The notes below the pieces were generated by a model. The model saw only the letters and a program-made list of their open reading frames with translations, did no database searches and was not told where the DNA came from. This document shows positions 1 through 8,363 of a stretch of DNA of 64,000 bases, piece by piece. A program made the position numbers and the translations under genes. Position 1 is the stretch's first letter. Each line of letters starts with the position of its first letter. Source of the stretch: Acidobacteriaceae bacterium (GTDB lineage Bacteria; Acidobacteriota; Terriglobia; Bryobacterales; Bryobacteraceae); assembly GCA_019244055.1 (NCBI GenBank), contig JAFATG010000082.1:8885-72884 (forward strand), given 5' to 3'.

Positions 1-2468
1 CTTACGGAGTAAGCCATGATCCCGTACAGTCCGATGCTGGCGAGTCCTAATGCGAGCAGGCCAAACACACTAAGCAAAGCCACACCCATCTTGCCCTGAA
101 ACAAGACATTGTCCATGAGAGTATGGCCCGTTCGCGCATCATTGGAGCTTACTTGTGGCGCGATGGCGCGCACTTCGCGCTGAACAGAAAGTAGGATTTC
201 ACGAGGATCTCCGTTACTTCGCACATACAAGGTCATCGCATCGGAATAGTTCTGGGTCAGGGGCTCATAGACGCCGTATTGCGGTGGCTCGCCCAGAGTG
301 GAGTAATTTACCGTTTTAGCGATGCCCACGATTTGCCGGAGCTGCTTTTCACCTGGTAATTGGATGCGCTTTCCCAACGCTTCGCCATTCGGCCAGTAAT
401 CGTGAGCCATTTTCTCGTTGATGATGGCAACGGGAGCCGTATTTGCCTGATCGGTGGCAGTAAATTCGCGCCCTTTGTCGATGGCGATACCGGCGGTTTC
501 AAAGTAGTTGATATCAACTGTGTTCCGTACAGCGCTGATCAGGTCTGATTTTGATCGCTGCTCGCGCCCTTCCACCTGGAACCCACTCTGGACGGATTCC
601 CAGAACGGCATGTTAGAGGCCCAGGACACGGACTGCACGCCCGGAAGAGTCGCTACACGGCCACGGACCTCCTTATAAAAAGCCTTAGTTTGCGGGATCC
701 CGTATCCGGCCTCTCCCGGGTTTGTCAGGACGACAGCGAGATGCCTGATCTCGAAACCTGGATTGATATCGTAGGCGCGTCCGAGGCTTCGCAAGAAATG
801 ACCAGCCGTAACTAGCAACAGGAATGAGAACGCCACCTGACCCGCGAGCAGAGCATTGGCGAAAGTGATTTTTCTCCGGCTCTTCCCTGTTGTGCGGGTC
901 TCCTCCTTGAGAGTTTCGGCCACGCTGGTGCGCGACGCTTGGAGAGCGGGCACCGTACCGAATACGAAGCCGGTCAGCAGCGAAACGATCAGCGCGAAGA
1001 GAAACACCATCGCGTTCATGTTCGGCTTCATAAGATTTGAAAGGACTTCGGCAGGCAGAAACGACCATAAGAGCTGCAAAGCTCCGTAACCGATGGCGAG
1101 ACCCACGAGGCCGCTGAGTAATCCCAGAGAGACGCTTTCGGTGAGAAGCTGCCGCACCAGTCTGGCTCGGCTCGCACCCATCGCCAAACGGACGGCCACT
1201 TCCTGTTGACGGGCCGCAGAACGCGCCATGAGAAGATTCGCCACATTCGAACAGGCGATCAGGAGAACAATGCCAACAACCAACAGCAGCCCGAAACTGC
1301 CAAAGATAACGGGTGGACTCGAAATGGCGTCGCGCATGGGCGTGGCCGTCGCCGTGCGCCCTTGGTCCGCGTTGGGATATTCGCGTGCCAGTTCCGAGGC
1401 GATGTTAGTGAGGTCAGCCTGCGCCTCCGCGCGGCTGATTCCGAACTTCAGGCGGCCGAGGCCGAGGAAGAACGCTTTGCCTCGATCGCTCAGCGCACCC
1501 TGCATCTGATTAGGATGCAAAAGCTCAGACATAGCCGCCGGGATCCACAGATCAGGGCCGAAGATGAGATTCACTCCGATGAATTTGGGTGGGGCGATAG
1601 CGATAACGGTGAACACCACATTATTCAGGCGGAGCGTTTTGCCGATAATGTCTTTCGCGCCACCGAACCGAGCCTGCCAGGTTGCATAGTTCATGACCGC
1701 GACGGCGTGGCCACCCGGAGTGCTGTCCTCTTCCGGCAAGAAGAAGCGGCCCAAGGCGGGCTCGAGACCTAGGGTGGAGAAATAATTTCCAGTTACCAGT
1801 TCGCTGAACATTCGTTGCGAGGACGTGCCCGCTTGGAATGTAACGATCTGGGGCGATGTGTAGCCAGCCAGGGAACTGAAGACGTCGTTCCGATCTCGGA
1901 AATCCTTCAGGTCCGCATATGAAATAGGCAACAGCGTTTTCGATTTCGAGGTAGTCTTCGCCTCGGCCCCGGCCAGCACGGTCAAGCCGGAAGAGTTCTT
2001 TACCGGCAGCGGATTCAGGATTAACGTGTTGATCAGAGTGAACACGGTAGTGTTCGCGCCGATGCCGAGAGCCAACGTGAGAACTACGAACAGAACGAAC
2101 GAAGGGCTCTTCCGCATCGTGCGACCGGTGTAGCGAAGATCTCGCCAGAGAGTCTCGAAAAATCGCGCACGCCGTGCCCCGGTTGTGCCGCGTTCATTTA
2201 TAACGTTGTCTGGCTGTGGATCCCCAGCCGGCACAGGATCGTGTATGGGCATCCGTACCCTCCTTAACTCGGTTTGAATTGGATACAGATCATCCAGCTC
2301 TGCCACGGCTCCTCGATAGGCTTCTTCTTCACTGGCACCGCCACTGCGCAACTCGCGATAACGGTCCTCGAGGTGCTGGGCAAGCTCTTCGGCGAGAGCC
2401 GACTCCGCCACAGGATTCAGGCGCAAAGAGGCGATGCGATCACGAACAATAGCGTTCCAATCAGGCAT
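1..2468 (-). CDS. ADOP-family duplicated FtsX/MacB-type permease with an N-terminal helical permease-prefix extension; the 3' end runs off the window
   Basis: Missing from the ORF track because no stop codon lies inside the window. Hand translation of the minus strand from ATG 2468 stays open to base 1. It reads MPDWNAIVRDRIASLRLNPVAESALAEELAQHLEDRYRELRSGGASEEEAYRGAVAELDDL, then RDLRYTGRTMRKSPSFVLFVVLTLALGIGANTTVFTLINTLILNPLP (typical ADOP TM1). A first FtsX block follows (LLIACSNVANLLMARSAARQQEVAVRLAMGASRARLVRQLLTES). The sequence ends in GLYGIMAYSV at the window edge, which is the start of the second FtsX block. Confidence 0.85.
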   Translation of the reverse strand, partial: MPDWNAIVRDRIASLRLNPVAESALAEELAQHLEDRYRELRSGGASEEEAYRGAVAELDDLYPIQTELRRVRMPIHDPVPAGDPQPDNVINERGTTGARRARFFETLWRDLRYTGRTMRKSPSFVLFVVLTLALGIGANTTVFTLINTLILNPLPVKNSSGLTVLAGAEAKTTSKSKTLLPISYADLKDFRDRNDVFSSLAGYTSPQIVTFQAGTSSQRMFSELVTGNYFSTLGLEPALGRFFLPEEDSTPGGHAVAVMNYATWQARFGGAKDIIGKTLRLNNVVFTVIAIAPPKFIGVNLIFGPDLWIPAAMSELLHPNQMQGALSDRGKAFFLGLGRLKFGISRAEAQADLTNIASELAREYPNADQGRTATATPMRDAISSPPVIFGSFGLLLVVGIVLLIACSNVANLLMARSAARQQEVAVRLAMGASRARLVRQLLTESVSLGLLSGLVGLAIGYGALQLLWSFLPAEVLSNLMKPNMNAMVFLFALIVSLLTGFVFGTVPALQASRTSVAETLKEETRTTGKSRRKITFANALLAGQVAFSFLLLVTAGHFLRSLGRAYDINPGFEIRHLAVVLTNPGEAGYGIPQTKAFYKEVRGRVATLPGVQSVSWASNMPFWESVQSGFQVEGREQRSKSDLISAVRNTVDINYFETAGIAIDKGREFTATDQANTAPVAIINEKMAHDYWPNGEALGKRIQLPGEKQLRQIVGIAKTVNYSTLGEPPQYGVYEPLTQNYSDAMTLYVRSNGDPREILLSVQREVRAIAPQVSSNDARTGHTLMDNVLFQGKMGVALLSVFGLLALGLASIGLYGIMAYSV

Positions 2469-2662
2469 GCTGGGTTCCTACGACTCGATGCCAGCGCTTA
2501 CGTTCTTTCGCTTCCCGGACGAGTGATATACGCTGCATATGTGAGTCTCCCTTATATAAGGGACTAACACATACCTTAACGAGGGTTTCGGGCAGGTTGT
2601 TCCGGAGAACTCAAAATATTTTAAGGCCCAGGCTGGTTAGCAGATAATTGAACCGAAGGCTC

Positions 2663-3169
2663 ATGAATACCGTCGCGGAAAAACTGACGCCAGAGCGCTT
2701 TCGGGAGATGTATGCGCAGAGAAAGCCCTATTTTGAGCTTTTAGACGGTGAGGCGGTTCAAAAGGCGTTGCCCACAAAGCTTCATTCCATTCTGCAGTTT
2801 GTTCTTTCCGTAATGTTGAAGGAACTCGGCTTTAAAGCGCGTCCGGAGCTGACGCTGGCGATCGACCAATCGTGGGAGCCGACCCCGGATGTTTGCGGAA
2901 TTTTGGGAACTGCACGTGCTGTTGCGGTCGCGATCGAAGTGCTGTCGCCCGATGACCGGTTCACGCGGATTATCCAGAAGTGTCGCAAATACGCGGAGTG
3001 GGGCATTTCAGACATTTTGGTGTTCGATCCGGTGGGTCGGGAGGGTTGGTGCTGGGACTCACTTACCGGCGATCTAAAGCGGATCAAGGACAGTTACCGC
3101 TTCCATAGCCTGCCGGTACAGATCGTCGAGAAAGAGATTTTTCGCCGGTTGGATGAAGAAGATCGGTGA
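2663..3169 (+). CDS. Uma2-family (DUF820) putative PD-(D/E)xK endonuclease
   Basis: The ORF opens at TTG 2648, but ATG 2663 (MNTVAEKL) is the more likely start. The C-terminal half carries the Uma2-type signature PDVCGI...VAIEVLSPDD...KCRKYAEWGISDILVFDP. Confidence 0.75.
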   Translation: MNTVAEKLTPERFREMYAQRKPYFELLDGEAVQKALPTKLHSILQFVLSVMLKELGFKARPELTLAIDQSWEPTPDVCGILGTARAVAVAIEVLSPDDRFTRIIQKCRKYAEWGISDILVFDPVGREGWCWDSLTGDLKRIKDSYRFHSLPVQIVEKEIFRRLDEEDR

Positions 3170-3255
3170 GCGTGAAAGCGTTGGCATGCGACCATCGCAG
3201 GCCCAAAGGGCGGCGCATCGCCCACGGCTGGAACAATAACAGATAGGAGCGCGAA

Positions 3256-5739
3256 CTATTCGTGCCGGAGAGCTTCGATTGGATCGATGCTACAAGCCCG
3301 GCGAACCGGAATCCAGGCGGCCAACAAGGCGGTGGTTCCCAGAGTCGCGATTGCAAATAATAGCGGTGGAGCGTCGTAAGCGTTGATGCCGTACAGAAGA
3401 CCCGCCATCACTCTGTCGAGAGCCAGTGTCAACGCGACTCCGGCGAGGCTTCCGACCAGCACTAAGCGCACGATCTGCCGCACGACCAGCCACTGAATTT
3501 GCCCGCGCTTAGCTCCAAGCGCCATGCGGATTCCGATTTCAGCAGTGCGATTCGCTACCTGATAACTAAGCAGTCCAAACAGGCCGATGGCAGCCATTGC
3601 CAGGGCCAGTACGCCGAATACGCCGGAAAGATAGGCAACGAGCCGGTTTTCGACCAGCGCGTTGTCTATCTCATTGCCGATGGTGGTCAGGCGGTCGACG
3701 TACTGATTTCCGTTTTGCCTGACAATGCGCCGGATCTGATCAGCGGGAAGCGTGTCGCCGCGCGTCTTGATGAGCAGCACCGAGTAGCCCTGAACGTCGC
3801 GATGCTGCCAGAAATTGATGTATAGAGTGTAAGGCTTGGTATCGTCTAGATTCGCCAAATTCATGTCGGTATCGGAGGCAATGCCGATTACTTTCAAATG
3901 CTGATAGTCGCTTTCGTTTCCCACCCGGACATGATGGCCGATGAGATCGCGCGGATTCCCGAAGTGCCGGGCCAGGGACTCGCTGAGAATGGCGGTTGGC
4001 TCGCCGGATTTCGAGTCGTTGCGCTGGAAATCCTCGCCGGTAATGATTTTTGCCCCGAGCGTGGCCAAGAGGTTGTCCGAGGCGCCAACGGCCCGGGCTT
4101 GGACCTGCCCGCCAACACGGGAGGTTTCTACCATTGCAACGGGATCCCGAACGTCATACGTGAGGAATGGGATGAAATTTGTGACGGCGGCCGAATTCAC
4201 ATCCGGCAGCGATTCTATTTGCCGCAGGAGACGGCGATAGTAGGCTCCCAGGTCGGAGTTGTTGGGGCGCTCGCCAAGCGCTGCCTCCCAGACATTGTGT
4301 GGGTCTATTCCGAAACTGATCTTGTACATGTTCTTCACCGACGCACCAAGGAGGGCGCCGACACTCACGAAGGCGAGCGTGAGGGCGATCTGAATTCCAA
4401 GCAGCGCCTTCTGAGTGAGGTTGTTCGTGCCGGTTACGCCGCGCCCGCTCCCCTTCAAGGCGTCCGATTTAGAGAGGCGGGCGGCTTGCCAGACCGAAGC
4501 GGCCGCAAATGTGGCAAGAACAAGCGCGACGACGCCAGAAAGGAAAAGTACGACGCGCTTGTCGAAGCCGATGTCCAGGCTGAAATTGCCGAATATCGCG
4601 CGGCCCTTTGCAAGGATTGCTCGGGCAGTCCACAGGCCCGCGAGGACGCCCGACCCAGCGCCAGCGAGCACTAATATTGCGCTTTCCAACATGAACAATC
4701 CGGCGATGTTGCGTGGTTTCGCGCCGAGCGCTAGCCGGACGGAGGTCTCGCGCTTCCGATTCAAGGTCCGAGCCAGCAGCAAACTGACCAAGTTCACACA
4801 GGCGATCAGCAGCAGGGCGGCACAGATGCCGAATACGGCATAGAGCGCCTCACCGAAGCGGTTACGCAGAAAATAATCGATGCCCGTTTTCCCCGAAATC
4901 GCCACAAGCTTCCGTGAGAGATAGTCTTGCCGGTCAGCAGCGTTGTAGCGATGCGGAACGCTCTCTCGCAAAAGCTGGGTCCGTTGTGCCAGAACGCTGG
5001 CGCGCGCCTGTACTTCGGAGATACCCGGCGCGCGACGAGCGAGGACGCTTACCCAGTAATAAGCCGGCTTCCTCCCGTTCGGCAGAACGTCCGGCCGCTG
5101 GTGGAGCGGGATCATCACGTGCTCGGGAAAGCCCACTAGCAGTCCGTTAAAGCGTTTCTGAGTGACCCCGACAATCGTGTACAATTGCCCGCTGATCTTG
5201 AGCGGTTTGCCTAGAACGTCTGTACGGCCTGCGAAAGTGCTGTGCCAAAGCGAATCGGTAATGACCGCGACGCCTTCCGTGCCGTTGTGATCATCAGCCG
5301 ATGTATGGGGTCTACCAAGCTGAAGGTGAAGTCCGAGTGTGCCGAAACAATCGCCGCTGAAGCCCGCGACGCCGATAGAGCGCAGGTTTCCTTCGATCTC
5401 AACTCCAGACAGCGATGTGTCGAAGCCACAGACACCGTTCAGCGCGGGGTTATTCTTCAGTACATCGAGAGCGGTCGAAGGCATCTCTAAGAGGTCCGCG
5501 TGATTGCCCACGAGTGAGATTCTCAGCAACTCGTCCGGCCGTTGAACCGGCAACGGACGGAGAAACAGGGCATCCATCGTGCTAAACACCGCGAAATTCG
5601 AGCCTATGCCGACAGCCAAAATCAGCATGGAAATGAACGTGAATCCGGGGCTTCTTGCGAGAGACCGGAACGCGTGCTTCAGGTTTCGCAGGGCCTTACT
5701 CCTGGCGGAGAGCTTCGAGCGGTTCGATGCGGCAGGCAC
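3256..5739 (-). CDS. ADOP-family duplicated FtsX/MacB-type permease
   Basis: 827 aa. The N-terminus reads LRNLKHAFRSLARSPGFTFISMLILAVGIGSNFAVFS. There are two FtsX 4-TM blocks (LLIACVNLVSLLLARTLNRKRETSVRLALGAKPRNI and LLSYQVANRTAEIGIRMALGAKRGQI), each preceded by a large periplasmic domain. The C-terminus is SIDPIEALRHE. The only standard in-frame start is GTG 5739. Confidence 0.9.
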   Translation of the reverse strand: MPAASNRSKLSARSKALRNLKHAFRSLARSPGFTFISMLILAVGIGSNFAVFSTMDALFLRPLPVQRPDELLRISLVGNHADLLEMPSTALDVLKNNPALNGVCGFDTSLSGVEIEGNLRSIGVAGFSGDCFGTLGLHLQLGRPHTSADDHNGTEGVAVITDSLWHSTFAGRTDVLGKPLKISGQLYTIVGVTQKRFNGLLVGFPEHVMIPLHQRPDVLPNGRKPAYYWVSVLARRAPGISEVQARASVLAQRTQLLRESVPHRYNAADRQDYLSRKLVAISGKTGIDYFLRNRFGEALYAVFGICAALLLIACVNLVSLLLARTLNRKRETSVRLALGAKPRNIAGLFMLESAILVLAGAGSGVLAGLWTARAILAKGRAIFGNFSLDIGFDKRVVLFLSGVVALVLATFAAASVWQAARLSKSDALKGSGRGVTGTNNLTQKALLGIQIALTLAFVSVGALLGASVKNMYKISFGIDPHNVWEAALGERPNNSDLGAYYRRLLRQIESLPDVNSAAVTNFIPFLTYDVRDPVAMVETSRVGGQVQARAVGASDNLLATLGAKIITGEDFQRNDSKSGEPTAILSESLARHFGNPRDLIGHHVRVGNESDYQHLKVIGIASDTDMNLANLDDTKPYTLYINFWQHRDVQGYSVLLIKTRGDTLPADQIRRIVRQNGNQYVDRLTTIGNEIDNALVENRLVAYLSGVFGVLALAMAAIGLFGLLSYQVANRTAEIGIRMALGAKRGQIQWLVVRQIVRLVLVGSLAGVALTLALDRVMAGLLYGINAYDAPPLLFAIATLGTTALLAAWIPVRRACSIDPIEALRHE

Positions 5740-8092
5740 GCCAGGCAGGGATGTAGCTGGCCGCGAGCGTTAAGAGGGCAAGAAGCAGGACCATCAGGGC
5801 ATAGATCGCAGGGTCCGAAGGCGAGACTTCAAAGAGCTGCGATTTCAACAGGCGCCCACACGCGATGGCTCCGGCTGCACCGATCACCAGACCGACGGCA
5901 CTGAGCTTGATGGCTTGCGAGAGGATGAGGCCGAGTACTTTGCGCCGATCAGCGCCGAGCGCAATGCGGAGGCCAATTTCTGACGTGCGTTGCACGACCG
6001 AGTAGGCCATCACACCGTAGATTCCTATGGCAGCGAGGAGAATGGCAAGGCCGGCAAAGGCCGACACGAGAGTGCTGCCGAAGCGCGGGGTTGATACCAC
6101 GCCGGCCAAATGGTTTTCCATCGTGGTGAGCTTGATAGACACTTCGGGGTCGAGCGCGCGAATTTCGCGGCGGAGCGGCCGGGTGAAAGCCATCGGATTG
6201 TTTCCCGCATTCACGATGAGGGATAGCTCAGAGCGCGGATGCTGCAAATGGACCATATAGATTTCTGGTGTTGGCGGGGTGGTCGGACCGTCCATCCGCA
6301 CGTCTCCGACGATGCCCACAATTTGCATCCATTTCATGGATTCTAGATCCAGACCGCAAAGGATTTTGCGGCCGACGGCGTTCTGGTGAGGATAGGCGCG
6401 GCGGGCGAGACTCGCGCCGATGATTGCGACGGGAGGCGCCGAGAGTCCATCGCGATCAGAGAAATCGCGACCGGCCAGGAGGGGAATGCGGAGAGTTTGA
6501 AAGTATCCAGGAGAGACCACGCTGAAACCGGCTTGGGGGCTGGATACGGTGAAGTCCTTCATCGTTTGGCCTTCGGTGATGTAAGCTCCATCGGAACGCG
6601 TGGCGGAGTCACCGGGCAGAGTATGAGTAAGGGCAGCGGAGGCCACTCCGGAAGTCTGCGAGAGACGCGCGAGAAGAGGTTGATAGAAGACCTGATTCAC
6701 ACGCTCTCCAGATTGAGAGGGCACGCTCAGGCTCGCCATCAGCAATTTCTCTGGACGAAAGCCCAGATCGACGGACAGAGTGGCCACGAAGCTCTTCAGT
6801 AACAGGCCGGCAGACACGAGGAGGACGAGCGAAAGTGCGACCTCAGCCACAACAAGGGCCTGGCGCAAGGCTCCGGTCGAACCGCCAAGGCCGGTGCGAG
6901 AGCTGCCGGCACGAAGGTCGATATTGGGGTCCGTGCGGCGAGCTTGGAGCGCAGGAGCGAGGCCAAACAAGAACGTGGTGACGCAAGCTGCCCCGATCCC
7001 GAACAGGAGAACGGTGGGATCGATACGAATTTGGTTGAGGCGCGGGAGAAAAGACGGTGCCAGGCGAACCAAAACCGGAAGCACGGCGTAGGCCAGGAGA
7101 ATACCGAGACCGCATCCGAATGCGGAGAGGATGGCTGCCTCACTGAGTAACTGGCGGACCAGGCGAACCTCAGTCGCGCCGAGAGAAGCACGGATCGCGA
7201 GCTCCCGAACGCGAGCGCTGCCGCGCGCCAGGAGGAGATTGGCGACGTTAGCGCATGCGATCAGGAGCACAACAGCGACGGCGGCGAGGAGAATGTACAG
7301 ACTGGTTTTTACTCGGCGCACTGTGAAGTCGGTGAGAGTGGTGACGTAGGCTCCAGCGTTCGTATTGCTGTCCGGGTAGGTTCGCTGTAGCCGCTCGCTC
7401 AGCGCGGTAAGCTGCGACTGCGCCTGTTCGATGCTGACGCCAGGCTTGAGCCGGCCAATTACTCGATAATTGTGACCACCTCGATTGGTGTCCTGGAGCG
7501 CTTCGCGAAAGGGGATCCAGACGTCTGTGGTCACTTCTTCCGCGAAATGGAAGCCGGCGGGGAGTATACCGACGATCTCGAAGGAAGTACTTTCGAATTT
7601 GATCGTCCGGCCGGGAGTGAATGCAACGTTGCCATAATGCCGCCGCCAGAAAGCGGAGCTCACGAGGGCGACATTCGCCTTGTTCTTCGACTCACTGGTT
7701 GTGAAAGCGCGGCCGGCGATGGGCTGGATGCCTAAAGTGCGGAAGAAATCAGAGGAGACGGCAGCCGCCCCTGCAAACTCAGATGTGCGATTGCTAACGA
7801 TGCTTTCTATTCCGTCGTCGTAAGCGGCCATCGAAAGGAAGGCGTTGGATTGCGATTGGTAATCGAGGAAATCAGGGCCGGAGACCTGACCGTAGAGACC
7901 GCCGTTCTTCCAGGCCGTCGTGATCGAGACGAGGCGGCCGGCATCAGGATAGGCGAGGGGACGCAGGAGGACGGCATCGACGACGCTGAAAATCGCGGTG
8001 TTCGCGCCAATACCGAGCGCGAGGATGGCAACCGAGAGCGCAGTGAATCCAGGGTTGCGGCGAAAGGAGCGGAGGGCGAATTTCAGGTCCAT
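5696..8092 (-). CDS. ADOP-family duplicated FtsX/MacB-type permease
   Basis: 798 aa, starting MDLKFALRSFRRNPGFTALSVAILALGIGANTAIFSVVDAVLLRPL. It has two FtsX blocks (LLIACANVANLLLARGSARVRELAIRASLGATEVRLV and VMAYSVVQRTSEIGLRIALGADRRKV). The C-terminus is RIEPLEALRQE. Confidence 0.92.
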   Translation of the reverse strand: MDLKFALRSFRRNPGFTALSVAILALGIGANTAIFSVVDAVLLRPLAYPDAGRLVSITTAWKNGGLYGQVSGPDFLDYQSQSNAFLSMAAYDDGIESIVSNRTSEFAGAAAVSSDFFRTLGIQPIAGRAFTTSESKNKANVALVSSAFWRRHYGNVAFTPGRTIKFESTSFEIVGILPAGFHFAEEVTTDVWIPFREALQDTNRGGHNYRVIGRLKPGVSIEQAQSQLTALSERLQRTYPDSNTNAGAYVTTLTDFTVRRVKTSLYILLAAVAVVLLIACANVANLLLARGSARVRELAIRASLGATEVRLVRQLLSEAAILSAFGCGLGILLAYAVLPVLVRLAPSFLPRLNQIRIDPTVLLFGIGAACVTTFLFGLAPALQARRTDPNIDLRAGSSRTGLGGSTGALRQALVVAEVALSLVLLVSAGLLLKSFVATLSVDLGFRPEKLLMASLSVPSQSGERVNQVFYQPLLARLSQTSGVASAALTHTLPGDSATRSDGAYITEGQTMKDFTVSSPQAGFSVVSPGYFQTLRIPLLAGRDFSDRDGLSAPPVAIIGASLARRAYPHQNAVGRKILCGLDLESMKWMQIVGIVGDVRMDGPTTPPTPEIYMVHLQHPRSELSLIVNAGNNPMAFTRPLRREIRALDPEVSIKLTTMENHLAGVVSTPRFGSTLVSAFAGLAILLAAIGIYGVMAYSVVQRTSEIGLRIALGADRRKVLGLILSQAIKLSAVGLVIGAAGAIACGRLLKSQLFEVSPSDPAIYALMVLLLALLTLAASYIPAWRACRIEPLEALRQE

Positions 8093-8175
8093 AGCGTTGT
8101 CTACGTAGACGGTATAGCCGCGGTTCCGCTACAAACGGCGGAGCATGCTATGGTGAGAGTCGCAAGCCTTTTTGA

Positions 8176-8252
8176 GGGCCCTTAGCTCAGTTGGTTAGAG
8201 CGCTACCTTGACACGGTAGAGGTCAGAGATTCGAGTTCTCTAGGGCCCACCA
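8176..8252 (+). tRNA. tRNA-Val (anticodon GAC), CCA encoded
   Basis: Hand-folded cloverleaf. Acceptor stem GGGCCCT/AGGGCCC. D arm GCTC-AGTTGGTTA-GAGC. Anticodon arm CTACC-TTGACAC-GGTAG, giving anticodon GAC. Variable loop AGGTC. T arm AGAGA-TTCGAGT-TCTCT. Discriminator A followed by CCA. Total 77 nt. Confidence 0.93.
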
Positions 8253-8326
8253 TTTGGCTCTTCGCCACTCGTTTCGAATTACTCAAGTAGAATTACTCAG
8301 ACCTCAACTTGCGATTCACACCGCAA

Positions 8327-8352
8327 AGAGAGCCGGTGAGGACCGGCTCTCT
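8327..8352 (-). terminator. Candidate terminator hairpin between tRNA-Val and the convergent 692-aa gene
   Basis: Perfect 10-bp stem agagagccgg / ccggctctct with the 6-nt loop tgagga, lying 12 nt past the stop of the minus-strand gene. On the minus strand it is followed only by a short TTT, so it is not a textbook intrinsic terminator. Confidence 0.4.
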
Positions 8353-8363
8353 CGCGCATTCGC

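Noticed and set aside
2648-3169. The Uma2 endonuclease between ADOP genes as part of a restriction or defence system.
   Set aside because: It is a single small gene with no methyltransferase, ATPase or other defence partner nearby. Uma2/DUF820 genes are typically scattered, multi-copy singletons.
3898-4674. Long ORFs antisense to or out of frame with confident genes. Examples: 3898-4674 (+), 6386-6802 (+), 8613-9344 (+), 15293-16207 (+), 20472-21104 (+), 33406-34014 (-), 35638-36288 (-), 38097-38708 (-), 41375-42058 (+), 53962-54639 (-).
   Set aside because: All lie inside genes with clear family motifs on the other strand or in another frame. Their translations are Arg/Pro/Gly/Ala-rich and low in complexity, which is typical of shadow ORFs in high-GC DNA. 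None has a recognisable motif.
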